A DNA stretch of 64,000 nt, taken from assembly GCF_000981445.1 (NCBI RefSeq), contig NC_027216.1, forward strand, positions 372,001 through 436,000. The letters are read 5' to 3'. The position numbers were made by a program, and so were the translations under genes. Below are positions 1-10,716 of the stretch, piece after piece. Position 1 is the first letter of the stretch, and each line of letters starts with the position of its first letter. The notes under the pieces were generated by a model that saw nothing but the letters and a program-made list of their open reading frames with translations, had not been told where the DNA came from and did not search any database. The DNA comes from Babesia bigemina (Eukaryota).

Positions 1-620
1 CTTATCAAACTGTGCTCCTGAATAGAAGCCGGTCCTTCCATAAATGCATCTGCAGCCGCATCAATCAAACAACGCAGGCCTGCATACAACATAGGTGCAA
101 TGCCTACGAGAACCACTGCGCAAACTTCTGGGTCATGCGTGCACGAGGAAGCCCACGTCGCCTGTAAGCTGTAGGTACGATTATAGCGGCGTGTCCTTTT
201 AATGTAGTCCAAGAACTTCTCGGTACTATGAACAACTTTACCAAGGTTCTTTGCGATGGTTTCAGGTTCAATACTCTGAGTCTGTAAGACATTCTCGTAA
301 TCACTTATGGCAATATCCTTAAATGCCCTGTCGAAAAAACCGAGGTTGCTATCCATAGCCACATTGTATCGTGTCAACAGCTCCTTTACATATGGATGGT
401 GGTGAACCTCCAGTTGCATCAGGAACTCCTTTGAAACGCTTTTTACATCCTAAAGATCTCGCATCTCCATCTTGTCAACAGTTTTGTCTGCCAGGGAACT
501 GATGAGTGCGGCACCCAATGCTGCTACGTTTCTTTTAGCACCATCTCCCCTCACGGCCACCAACCAGTCAATGGCTTCCTTCACGTTGCGAGGGACATTG
601 GTCAACGAATTGTATACCAT
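1..620 (-). pseudogene. Short ves1-like (variant erythrocyte surface antigen family) gene with an in-frame premature stop; 3' end runs off the window
   Basis: Hand translation from ATG at 620: MVYNSLTNVPRNVKEAIDWLVAVRG...MEMRDL* (TAG at 450-452, codon 57), then open again in the same frame (...YSLQATWASSCTHDPEVCAVVLVGIAPMLY...). Paralogous to intact 61908-62666. Confidence 0.8.
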
Positions 621-2189
621 TTTGAAGGGTTAGTTAAATTACGCAATTATTGTAATGAAATCGTGTGAATATCGTGCCTATCTACTAATTGCGTCGCGAA
701 GATCCCGCGTATGTAATAGGAACACTGAATGGAGGTAATGTCGTAATAGCGGGGAAGGACAAGACAAGTGTTGTTGCCTTCTAATACATATGCGCTTTAG
801 CACGGTATGCGAATTCTTCTTAATGCGAACGAGGCAGACCTAGGCAAAGCAACGGCGACCCAAGTGCCGTATCGCAGCCAGTTCTAGACAATAAGCGTGG
901 CATGTACTATGTAAAGCGCGAGTGATAGACGTGCATAAGTTTTAGCCAAAAAGGGCGTATACAGTAGCTCTGCATGTTGAATCAATGTGTCACAATGTGT
1001 AGATATTTCAACAATGTTGCAAGTGGTGTGTTGCTGCGCTTATGGAGTCGCGCGTTACACGCTGTTGATCGACCTCGCAATCATTCGGTGACGGAGTCAG
1101 ACGATTCTTCTACTGTCTAACGTGCGTATCGTAATTGTTTTGTGCTTTAGGTGATTGCGGCAACTGCGATTCCTAAGGTTTCTTGGCATGTAACAACTTC
1201 AGACGATGGCACCGTTGGTCGCCTTCCCTATAAATCAGGCATCATATCAGCGGTGATCGGCGGTTGCTGCAGAGTCTAGTGCACAATTAGTTTAGGTACT
1301 GCTGTGTGTATGCGTACGATCTTGTGTGTATGTGCGTCCTTCACATGTGTATTCTTGGGGGAATAGTTTGTTGGTTTGTAACCTAATCGTACGGCTCTAC
1401 TAGTAGGTGTTAATTGCGGAACATTGCAGCTCCTATGCGACGTTCTATAAAGCCTGAGGGAATCTCGAAATTTGACGCAATCTTCCACGGCGGGATTCCT
1501 GAACCGCAGTTGTACACATTGACATATATCGTTTGCCCATACCAATGTGAGCTCATTTGGATTTCAATTGAAGGTCATGCTTCCAGTTCAGGCTGCCACG
1601 TTTCCGCCGCACCCATATACCACGCTAATGGTCTAACAACGGTCTGTGTGAACCACGGTGTAGGATTAAGATGCAGTAGATTCATACCGATTCCTCAAGA
1701 GACACGACATATCACATCACGTGGGTACTCAAACAATCATTCGCATTCCGTACATTCATCTGGCGGACGCGTCACCGAATCTTACAAGGCGTTGTCGTGC
1801 TGCCGACTTTAGCGATCGCCAGACCAGAGCATAAACAAATAAACCGACGCATTCATGTATTACATTACTTTCTAGTTGCTGCTTAGGTGATATGCGCTTG
1901 TTATTACTGGATGTAAGCGTGTACAGCAAGGGTGAAGTGCACAAGGAGGGTAGGAAGCACTGCGTGAACGTAGTCCCCGTCTTTTCTTCAGCCAGGCTGT
2001 CGCATAGTTCGTGCCCACGCTGCCACCTTCACGTGGCGATTCCCGCGGGTACAAAGAGCTATTTACAAGCCTCCTTCACTCTCAGAATTATGGTCTTCAG
2101 GCGGAAGATCCTCTGTACCATCCTCACTGCCTGCACTGAACGTGTCGTTTGAACTCTGTTCCACGTCTTCACGCGCATTGTCGTTTTTG

Positions 2190-4589
2190 TCACGTTCTGA
2201 ATGGTGCTTTTGGGGGGGGAGGTCCAAAATGAATCATCCGGTCTAGATTCTCCGCAATATGCTTGACAAAAGTGCTTATGTCTTCGGCATATTTGGCAGT
2301 GTCAATGATAACCTGTTCCATATTTCTACTACCGCAACTCTCAGAAGTGCTGCTAGAGTTGCGGTCATACTCACTACGAAAACGGAAACGTTTCTTTATA
2401 GGCTTCCGGAATTTACGCAAAGTTTTACGACATTTATCCTTATATCCTGCTTCTGAATCATCTTTGCCGGCGCCGCTACCCGCTGCTTCTGGCGAGATTG
2501 TGTCGCCTCTAACCGCTTCGTTTGACGCGAGTATGTCGCCTGTAGCAGCTTCTTGTGACGAGAATGGGCTGACTTCATACGCTGCTTGTGACGGGAATGC
2601 GCGGCCTGCAACAGCTTCTTGTGACGGAAATGCGCGGCCAGAAACAGGATTTTGTGACGGAAATGCGCGGCCTGCAACCGACTCTTGTGGAAAGAATGGG
2701 AAGGGTGCAACAGCCTCTTGTGACGGGAATGCGCGGCCTTGATACGCTGCTTGTGACGGGAATGCGCTGCCTTGATACGCTGCTTGTGGAATGAATTGGG
2801 GGGGTGCAACAGCCTCTTGTGACGGGAATGCGCGGCTTGCAACAGCTGCTTGTGACGGGAATGCGCTGCCTTGATACGCTGCTTGTGACGGGAATGCGCT
2901 GCCTTGATACGCTGCTTGTGGAATGAATTGGGGGGGTGCAACAGCCTCTTGTGACGGGAATGCGCTGCCTTGATACGCTGCTTGTGACGGGAATGCGCGG
3001 CTTGCAACAGCTGCTTGTGACGGGAATGCGCTGCCTTGATACGCTGCTTGTGACGGGAATGCGCGGCCTGCAACAGCTTCTTGGGATGGGAATGCGCGGC
3101 CTGCAACAGCTTCTTGGGACGGGAATGCTCGGCCTTGATACGCTGCTTGTGACGCGAGTATGTCTCTTCTAACCGCTTCTTGTGACGCGAGTATGTCTCT
3201 TATACCCGCTGCTTGTGGCGCGGGTATGCAGCTTGTTGCCGCTTCTTGTGACGCGAGTATCTCGCATGCACCAGCTGCTTGTGACGCGAGTATGTCTCTT
3301 CTAACCGCTTCTTGTGACGCGAGTATGTCTCTTATACCCGCTGCTAGTGACGCGAGTATGTCTCTTATAACCGCTTCTTGTGACGCGAGTATGCAGCTTC
3401 TACACGCTGCTTGTGGCGCGAGTGTGCCGCTTGTTGCCGCTGCTTGTGACGCGAGTATGCAGCTTCTACACGCTGCTTGTGGCGCGAGTGTGCCGCTTGT
3501 TGCCGCTGCTTGTGACGCGAGTATGTCTCTTCTAACCGCTGCTTGTGACGCGAGTATGTCTCTTCTAACCGCTGCTAGTGACGCGAGTATGTCTCTTATA
3601 CCCGCTGCTAGTGACGCGAGTATGTCTCTTATACCCGCTTCTTGTGACGAGAGTGTGCCGCTTGCACCCGCTGCTTGTGGCGCGAGTGTGCCGCTTGTTG
3701 CCGCTGCTTGTGACGCGAGTATGTCTCTTCTAACCGCTTCTTGTGACGCGAGTATGTCTCTTATACCCGCTGCTAGTGACGCGAGTATGTCTCTTATACC
3801 CGCTTCTTGTGACGCGAGTATGCAGCTTCTACACGCTGCTTGTGGCGCGGGTATGCAGCTTGTTGCCGCTGCTTGTGACGCGAGTATGCAGCTTCTACAC
3901 GCTGCTTGTGGCGCGAGTGTGCCGCTTGTTACCGCTGCTTGTGACGCGAGTATGCAGCTTCTACACGCTGCTTGTGGCGCGAGTGTGCCGCTTGTTGCCG
4001 CTGCTTGTGACGCGAGTATGTCTCTTCTAACCGCTGCTTGTGACGCGAGTATGTCTCTTATACCCGCTGCTAGTGACGCGAGTATGTCTCTTATACCCGC
4101 TTCTTGTGACGAGAGTGTGCCGCTTGCACCCGCTGCTTGTGGCGAGAGTGTGCCGCTTGCACCCGCTGCTTGTGGCGCGAGTGTGCCGCTTGTTGCCGCT
4201 GCTTGTGACGCGAGTATGTCTCTTCTAACCGCTTCTTGTGACGCGAGTATGTCTCTTATACCCGCTGCTAGTGACGCGAGTATGTCTCTTATACCCGCTT
4301 CTTGTGACGAGAGTGTGCCGCTTGCACCCGCTGCTAGTGACGCGAGTATGTCTCTTATACCCGCTGCTTGTGGCGCGAGTATGCCGCTTGCACCCGCTTC
4401 TTGTGACGCGAGTATGTCGCTTGTAACGGCTGCTTGTGAACCCATTTTGCCAACATTAGCGCCCTTATGTTCCATTTTTGTGCTATCCTTGTATGTCCCA
4501 TAGATACCTTCATTTCCTTCCTCACCCTTACCGACAGAAACTGTCGTTGCCAGGTGGGTTGGCTTGTCTTCTCCAGTTGAATCCGCCAT
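2190..4589 (-). CDS. 799-aa protein with 11-aa tandem repeats (SQAAYQGSAFP / SQEAVRRDILA types); C-terminus frameshifted relative to its paralog
   Basis: Long ORF with unique N- and C-termini shared with the 34552-36264 copy. The G8 run at 2212-2219 (C7 in the paralog) shifts the frame and ends the protein at 2190 instead of ~2063. Confidence 0.75.
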   Translation of the reverse strand: MADSTGEDKPTHLATTVSVGKGEEGNEGIYGTYKDSTKMEHKGANVGKMGSQAAVTSDILASQEAGASGILAPQAAGIRDILASLAAGASGTLSSQEAGIRDILASLAAGIRDILASQEAVRRDILASQAAATSGTLAPQAAGASGTLSPQAAGASGTLSSQEAGIRDILASLAAGIRDILASQAAVRRDILASQAAATSGTLAPQAACRSCILASQAAVTSGTLAPQAACRSCILASQAAATSCIPAPQAACRSCILASQEAGIRDILASLAAGIRDILASQEAVRRDILASQAAATSGTLAPQAAGASGTLSSQEAGIRDILASLAAGIRDILASLAAVRRDILASQAAVRRDILASQAAATSGTLAPQAACRSCILASQAAATSGTLAPQAACRSCILASQEAVIRDILASLAAGIRDILASQEAVRRDILASQAAGACEILASQEAATSCIPAPQAAGIRDILASQEAVRRDILASQAAYQGRAFPSQEAVAGRAFPSQEAVAGRAFPSQAAYQGSAFPSQAAVASRAFPSQAAYQGSAFPSQEAVAPPQFIPQAAYQGSAFPSQAAYQGSAFPSQAAVASRAFPSQEAVAPPQFIPQAAYQGSAFPSQAAYQGRAFPSQEAVAPFPFFPQESVAGRAFPSQNPVSGRAFPSQEAVAGRAFPSQAAYEVSPFSSQEAATGDILASNEAVRGDTISPEAAGSGAGKDDSEAGYKDKCRKTLRKFRKPIKKRFRFRSEYDRNSSSTSESCGSRNMEQVIIDTAKYAEDISTFVKHIAENLDRMIHFGPPPPKAPFRT
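2490..4440. repeat. 33-bp minisatellite array (about 55-60 degenerate units in several subtypes)
   Basis: Core GCT(G/T)CTTGTGACG(C/G)GA recurs every 33 nt, with higher-order blocks of unit subtypes. Confidence 0.95.
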
Positions 4590-5513
4590 CTCGCACGCAA
4601 TCGATTCAAACGTAGTGATGCGAAATAATTGGCCACGGATGTATAGCTAAATGGTTTTGTTCAAACGAAAGACAGACTGTCGTCGACGTGTGCTCTCGAA
4701 ACGTGTTCCTGAAGCTCGCCGCCCTCAAAACACGTCGTATTCACCGCTGACAGATGTATCGTCTAGTTACTGCGCCAGCATGATAAGTATTAAAATAGAC
4801 TCACCTGATTTTAAGCGAGAGGAACGCCAATGCTTCACGTAAGATTGTATTGTGTGCACGCTCGTTGCAACCTTCTAGGGGTTACGAATGAGTGGGTAGC
4901 TATGTTTGCGGGGCGCCCCTCAAGGGCTCTGCTGGGGTGCAGTCTGGGGTTACGACTTCGAGGCTTATCACGATGCTGACAATAAATGCCACCACCCTGA
5001 AGATTAACTCATACATAGGCAAATATTCACCGAGATTCGCCTATATAGGGTGAAAGCCACACGGTCTAGCCGCCACTCCCAGAGGTCGACCAACGTGCTC
5101 AGGCACCGCCGCAGCAGTTGCTCACCCAAATTGGGGGCGTCAGTGAAGTCCCATTCTAGGTACCACGTATTGCTCTTTGTCGTGTGTTAAGGGCATTGTA
5201 GAGGTTTCAAAATGCGAGCAGCGATGCAAACCTCTAAGTTGCATCTTCCTGATGCCTGCGGTAAACAATGCACAACTAAGGTGTGGTGACATGTAATTCC
5301 ACAGCACAATCTTCACCGGGTCCACGGCCGTTCACACTAGTTACAAAAATCCACGACAACACAAGAATATGTCGTTAGACTGGCAATTACAATTACCACA
5401 CTCTTCACAAAGCAATGCTCTCACTGAAGACACAACCCAGCAGATCGACCAACGTGACGTATGACGATTACAGTGGCTAATTGCCAAACAAGTTATCACA
5501 CCATAGTCACCAA

Positions 5514-8372
5514 TTACTTGGCGTAGTAATTCTCGATTTGGATGGTGGATAAGACGATGCCCTTGGTAGTGACGCACCGGCATTCAAGTGGCGGCGACTG
5601 GCGCAGGGTCTCCCCGGGTCCTATACGAGCACTGTCGAACTTCAGTGTGACAAAGTGATTAGTTCGAGATGGTACCAACGACTTGCTGATGTTGCTGAGG
5701 TTCTTCACTTCACCGTTCACCGAGACTTGGTAGAAGCAGTTGGGTGGGTCCAGGACGTACGGTGCTGGGCAGTAGAATGCTGCCTCGCCCGCAGCCTGAA
5801 TGTCTATTTTGCAACCAGATTTACGTTGTCTATAAGAGTCGTAGAGTTTGGGTGTCTCGGGCTTGAACAGCTCATCCAATTCGTAGGTAACTCCGCAGCC
5901 TTGAATGTACGGGTCAGTGGTCTCGACGTTGACTTTAACAATATTCCAGGTGTATTTTCCTGCCACATCTGTGATATTAGAAGTAGACTGCACAGATGCG
6001 TCTGAATGTAACGCATAATCGGAGACGGCCGATGAATCCGATAGTTGGGGCGCCTTGCCGCAGACAAATCTCATCGGCACGTTTTTTTTGTGAACTGGGT
6101 CCTTGGAAATCAAGATGGCGTTTCTACGTAATTCTAATATCAAAGCTTGATGGGCTGATGAGTGGTCATCGTTGAACAAAACAGAAAACCCGCCATGTGA
6201 ACCAGCTATGACATCATTGTGCGATCTCGTAATAAGCTCAAGCCCGCGGAATGTCACGATGGCATTATAATGGTATTTTCCATGCAATTTAGGAAGCCAC
6301 GCAGTTGGACTTATTGTATCATTTGAAACGTTTTGCAGCGCGGTATCAAGAGCACAACGCAATAACAATTTTGTGCCCACATGTAGTTTAATGGTCTTTT
6401 TCGATACGTGCTGCAACGTGATAAACATTCCTGATCTGTGCCCTTCAAGTATTAATCCGATATTCAATCGCAGAGATACATAGGGGAGGATCTTTTGCAA
6501 CCCATTTATACGGCGAACTGTAAACGTACGACTTTCCTCGCAGCTCGACTCCACAGTAAGTCTGGAGGTCTCGTATCCATGTTCATTGACACATACACAA
6601 GCATAACTGACAGGAATATTCTGTATATCCATGTTTAGCACTTGGAATCCTGTAATGGGTTGGGGAGTAATACTTCGCACAGTTTCAGGAAATGACATGA
6701 TCCGATTGGAGTGGAGGTCGTATCCTGTATATTGACAGTTGCCCGGTAACAACCTCTCTTCCGGCCTGCAGTAAATTCCAGCCTGATGTATATGTGCTTT
6801 GTTATGGAGGAGGCATTCGTAAGTGTCACCTATGCCATTCCCCATCCTTTTCGTTGAACAATGCTGGCGACTGATATCTTCGTTGAATAGCTTCGTTTGT
6901 CGAGAGTCGCAACCAAAGATTTCGTGTTCATGAGTCAACGCGAATGACACATTTACGGTGGCCTGTATCTTCTTTGCAAGATTCTCGTTTTTAGATTTCA
7001 ACGTCCAGTGGTATAAGAATGAGTTGAATCCGCTTCGTAATGTGAGAGGTTTGTCAACGTGGTACTTTAGCGTCACTTCTCCCCGGTGCATCTGGGACAC
7101 ATCCAACTCGATGGCATCGCCAACAAGGACCTCTTGATATGATACTTCGTCATAAACATTAACCCCTCTATACGTGTTTATTTGCCTCACCGTTTTCAAG
7201 TCCTTCGGCAAGAATTCAGTTTCATATTCATTGATAGACGTCTGTCGCGAAGATGTACGAAGCATGGAATTATCGTAATCCGCGGCGCCATCCACTGTTG
7301 GAAATCTTATGGTCAAGGTGCTCCCCGGATGAAGTACCACCGAGCACCACGGACCTCTGATAGGCTGCGAACGGTTTCGAACGATCATTCTGGAAATGTC
7401 ACAGACATGTTCGCTATTCTGGCGGATCTGTATCTTGGCCTTTATGTCACCTGTTTCGGGATCGACACACCTGCATTCTCCCCTGAATGGCGTTAGTGCC
7501 ACGTCAGAGAAGTATTTCGCTACCACCCAAGGTCTATAATATCCAAAATCCCAATAAGGACGTGGCCGAGGAGCAGTTACAACTTTGCCTTTGTCGTCAA
7601 TCAGGGACTTCATGCAATCCTCGGGTTCAATTCTGCCTTCGCAAACAAAACCAATGGGTGATTTCGACATAGCTTCGGCAACGCATGAACGCATTCCAGT
7701 TTCGGAATCCACAGTAACTTCATTATCCGGAGCGAATAGTCTCGAGGGGCGGCTACCGCAGCCCTGAAGTGGTAGATGCCCGCGACCTCTGTAGAGAACG
7801 AATATACCCAAACCCTTCCCAATCTTGGCTATTTCTTGCGTCAAAGGAGTGGATGATGCCCAAGGAAGCTTTAGAGAACGGGCGCCATTGAGGCTTTCAA
7901 GGTGGCGCTGCAATTCATCGCTCAGCACCAAATCTCGCGGTCCACAAATGAAGGTAGAGCTGTGCTCGGTGATGGCAACCAGTTCATCATTTGGTTTGTT
8001 GAAACGCATAATCGTGAGTGATCGTGTGGATTCCAACCATACGAAATTATGCCCTGATTCAGATCGCACCACATCCGAAAAAGGCATGGAAGTGAACGTG
8101 CCTTCCCCACCCACGTACGTGTTGACATGTGCGTTATCTTCAGAAGTTGGCTGGGGATGCACCACATATTCGACGCCGTTGACCAGGCGTGGGCATACCA
8201 CAGTTGCGGTCTTGTGCTTGTCAAGGTCCATATGGCACATAACTAGAGCATTGTTGCTAACGTTTCCATATGCGCTTCCAAAGTCACAAATAAGGGCGTT
8301 GGTACTTGTAACATAATGGAGTAATATTGCGCAAAATGTCAATATGTATTGCCTGGTGTTGAATACCTCCAT
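5514..8372 (-). CDS. 952-aa secreted 6-Cys (s48/45-domain) family protein
   Basis: N-terminal signal-like segment (YILTFCAILLHYVTSTNA). Three modules with GC...C...F/I-x-C...P-x-x-C...CxC spacing (QGCG..GFVC..PEDC..ECRC; FGCD..GIYC..PGNC..ACVC; QGCG..AFYC..PPNCF..ECRC). No hydrophobic C-terminal GPI signal. Confidence 0.8.
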   Translation of the reverse strand: MEVFNTRQYILTFCAILLHYVTSTNALICDFGSAYGNVSNNALVMCHMDLDKHKTATVVCPRLVNGVEYVVHPQPTSEDNAHVNTYVGGEGTFTSMPFSDVVRSESGHNFVWLESTRSLTIMRFNKPNDELVAITEHSSTFICGPRDLVLSDELQRHLESLNGARSLKLPWASSTPLTQEIAKIGKGLGIFVLYRGRGHLPLQGCGSRPSRLFAPDNEVTVDSETGMRSCVAEAMSKSPIGFVCEGRIEPEDCMKSLIDDKGKVVTAPRPRPYWDFGYYRPWVVAKYFSDVALTPFRGECRCVDPETGDIKAKIQIRQNSEHVCDISRMIVRNRSQPIRGPWCSVVLHPGSTLTIRFPTVDGAADYDNSMLRTSSRQTSINEYETEFLPKDLKTVRQINTYRGVNVYDEVSYQEVLVGDAIELDVSQMHRGEVTLKYHVDKPLTLRSGFNSFLYHWTLKSKNENLAKKIQATVNVSFALTHEHEIFGCDSRQTKLFNEDISRQHCSTKRMGNGIGDTYECLLHNKAHIHQAGIYCRPEERLLPGNCQYTGYDLHSNRIMSFPETVRSITPQPITGFQVLNMDIQNIPVSYACVCVNEHGYETSRLTVESSCEESRTFTVRRINGLQKILPYVSLRLNIGLILEGHRSGMFITLQHVSKKTIKLHVGTKLLLRCALDTALQNVSNDTISPTAWLPKLHGKYHYNAIVTFRGLELITRSHNDVIAGSHGGFSVLFNDDHSSAHQALILELRRNAILISKDPVHKKNVPMRFVCGKAPQLSDSSAVSDYALHSDASVQSTSNITDVAGKYTWNIVKVNVETTDPYIQGCGVTYELDELFKPETPKLYDSYRQRKSGCKIDIQAAGEAAFYCPAPYVLDPPNCFYQVSVNGEVKNLSNISKSLVPSRTNHFVTLKFDSARIGPGETLRQSPPLECRCVTTKGIVLSTIQIENYYAK

Positions 8373-8579
8373 GTTTTTCGATTCCTCATAACATGGATTT
8401 CAACTGCGCCAACTGCAAAATGCTTCGGAAGAACGAACCTCACGTATATAGAAAGTAAAATGAACACAATTATGAATACTTTTCTTTGCAACGAAGGAAA
8501 TATGACACCCCATAGCCGTCAACACAAAGATATATAGGAATTTTCACCGAAAATTTCGAAGAGAAAAACAAAAATTGAA

Positions 8580-8580
<1 letters not shown>

Positions 8581-8611
<31 letters not shown>
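8581..8611. repeat. (TA)15 microsatellite about 210 nt upstream of the 6-Cys gene
   Basis: Perfect TA run seen directly. Confidence 0.95.
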
Positions 8612-8614
<3 letters not shown>

Positions 8615-9129
8615 AGCACCGCTTACACTTTAATCTTTGTAAAATTATTCATGTATGCCATAACAAAATGTATCGACATTGAGGCGCAGGCAGCATGTGT
8701 CTAGGCGCTTCATCGTACCATACCACTGAACACGAGGGCCACAGATCATAGATACCAACCTGCGAAAATATTATAATAATTGTGAGATACGAATCATCGA
8801 CCAACAGATAGTGATGGGAAACTGTCCAAAGATGGGATATCACGGCGTCACCTCATTTTGTGAGGGGCATGAGTTCAACAAACGATCAGGTCACTTTACA
8901 GCACCCTTCCAACCAAGCTGGATGGACGCAGCCACGTATGAAACCAGCGTAGCACGGTAGCACCACGAGGTGGAACAGGCACCGTGCAGGTATTGAGCCG
9001 AGTTAGCGGCCGCGGCTGACAGGGGCAAACGCTTCCAGATGCGTTGCCATACAACTTGAAACAAAGACCATCATAGCATCATTACAACATATTATAATAA
9101 AGTCAAGCATCGCTGTCTGTTTAAAGTTT

Positions 9130-9225
9130 GGGCACGCCGTACTGAACACTGGTCAGCACAAAACTGGCTAACACGTCCGCAGCCGCTAAGCGGGACCCTA
9201 TGGCGGTGAACAACAGAAAATAACT
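9130..9225 (-). repeat. Degenerate copy of the ~110-bp island-boundary element
   Basis: Reverse strand CTGTTGTTCACCGCCATAGGGTCCCGCTTAGCGGCTGCGGACG...GCTGACCAGTGTTCAGTACGGCGTGCC keeps the ordered blocks TAGGG-CC-GCTT, TGCGGA, GCTGA, TTCAG, ACG.CGT of the other copies. Alignment by eye only. Confidence 0.4.
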
Positions 9226-9451
9226 ATTGTAAACTGTGGCGTCAACCGAATCAGTGTGGTTTAACGTTGTGTATTCAGCGTGCCTATACAACAATTGTAC
9301 ATAGGGGGTAGGGTTCAGCCGTTATATAATGTTTCGTCACTGCTCAGTTGAAACACGGACAAATATCATCACATACCCTCCCAGCAGTTATTTAACGCTT
9401 GTATACATATGCATAATTGCCTTATAATTAAGGTCGGTTGTGTTAGTACGC

Positions 9452-10716
9452 TTATTCCTGACCTTGGACGCACATGAGCATCTGTTATAGCATGATGGAA
9501 CAACTGGTGATTTCCTACCTTCTGCCTGACCCTCTCTCTGCGCTGTTCCTTGGTGATCTTCTTGTTGCGAACGTATGTCTTTCCTTCGGCGGTGATGACA
9601 GTGTGTCCCTTGATCGTCCTGGACGGCGCCGGCTTCTTCTCCTTCTGGATGATTGGGTTTTGGCGAATTGCGGCGTGTGCGCGGACATACATGTCCTCGA
9701 GGTTGTCCTCGTTGATTCCCTCTCTGAGGAAAGCGGCGAAGTGCTTCTGGTACTTCTCAGGGTCCTCCTCCTTCATTTCGCGCATGTAGTTCGCCACATG
9801 TACACCCATAATGCGGTCGCGGTGCGCCTCTGCATCGTAGTTCGACTGCTTGTCGTCTCCTACAGTGTAACCCGGGAACCTCTTTTCGCTGTGGGGGATG
9901 TGGAGTCCACCGTCGCACGCTCCCTTAAGGGCGCCGAAAGCCTTGTTTCCGGTGGTGACAATCTTGATGCCGACATCGAGCAAGGCCTTGAACGGCCTCG
10001 TTTCGTGGTCTTCCTCCTCGATGTGGAAGGATTCACCATCAGCCTCCTCCTTTCCGATGAATTGGGTGTCAAGTTTGAGCTGCGCGAGGAGCCTGCGAGC
10101 CAGCAGGAGCCCGGTGCAGTATGCGGCCGCGTAGTTAGTCAACCCGACTTTGACACCGTAGTGCTTGAGCTCGGACGAGTCAGCCGAGGCGTGCACCTTG
10201 TCACCGACGATGGTCGCGGAGATGATTTGGCATATGATGCGCTTGTTGGTGAAACGCACAACAAAACGGTACTTGGGCGATGCGTACTTGTTCTTGTCCT
10301 GCAGGACCATACGCCTGCGGCAGTAGTAGTCCGTCTTCCCCTCTGCGTGGCATGAGTGGTGTTACGAAATAATTTCACAGAGCGCTGACGTCTGGCAACA
10401 CGGTTGCTCGCTCCGAGCAAATATGCTTCCCTACGGCACTGAGCGGGCACACCCCCTTGGTTAAACGTAAGTTGGATGTCATATGCGGAGGCCACGCCAG
10501 GCACGGAAGCGATTGTCACGGACGACAGGTCGAGTTACGTCTAGGCGCACCTCGGTTATAGTACGTCTGTCATTGTACGCCCGTCGCAATAACCCCGTGC
10601 CATTCCGGGGCATCTGCGTGGGCAGTATTAGGTGTCAACTCACCTCTTCGCCTGCGGTACTTGACCTGGTACCTCTTGAAGTAGGCCTTGCTCTTGAGCA
10701 CGCGGATGAACGCCAT
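9452..10716 (-). CDS. RPL5: 60S ribosomal protein L5 (uL18), 3 exons: 10716-10644, 10342-9519, 9481-9452
   Basis: [30 protein letters not shown]...[19 protein letters not shown]...[18 protein letters not shown]...[19 protein letters not shown] introns of 301 and 37 nt keep the frame. Confidence 0.97.

Larger units (their letters stand above)
862..5465 (-). repeat. Left arm of a large inverted segmental duplication (partner 33676-37473)
   Basis: Reverse complement matches 33676-37473 almost base for base outside the tandem arrays. Near-identical spurious ORFs appear on opposite strands (1414..1812+ vs 36515..36913-; 5140..5325- vs 33816..34001+). Confidence 0.95.

Noticed and set aside
1276..2152. 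Short ORFs 'conserved' in two places (e.g. 132 aa at 1414..1812 and 36515..36913)
   Set aside because: Their identity reflects the recent inverted duplication. No recognisable protein features.
2490..4440. Regularly spaced ~33-nt repeats resembling a CRISPR array
   Set aside because: Units are contiguous tandem coding repeats without unique spacers, there are no cas genes, and the genome is eukaryotic.
2263..4503. Long antisense and alternate-frame ORFs over the repeat arrays (e.g. 3160..4503+, 2396..3106-, 34892..35932+, 34727..35377-)
   Set aside because: A stop-free 33-nt (3n) unit automatically opens several frames. Only one frame links the unique N- and C-termini.
9474..10355. 293-aa ORF antisense to RPL5, and similar shadows over RPL7a, RPL21, RPL10, DnaJ and the acyl-CoA synthetase
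   Set aside because: Typical antisense shadows of GC3-rich, codon-biased genes.
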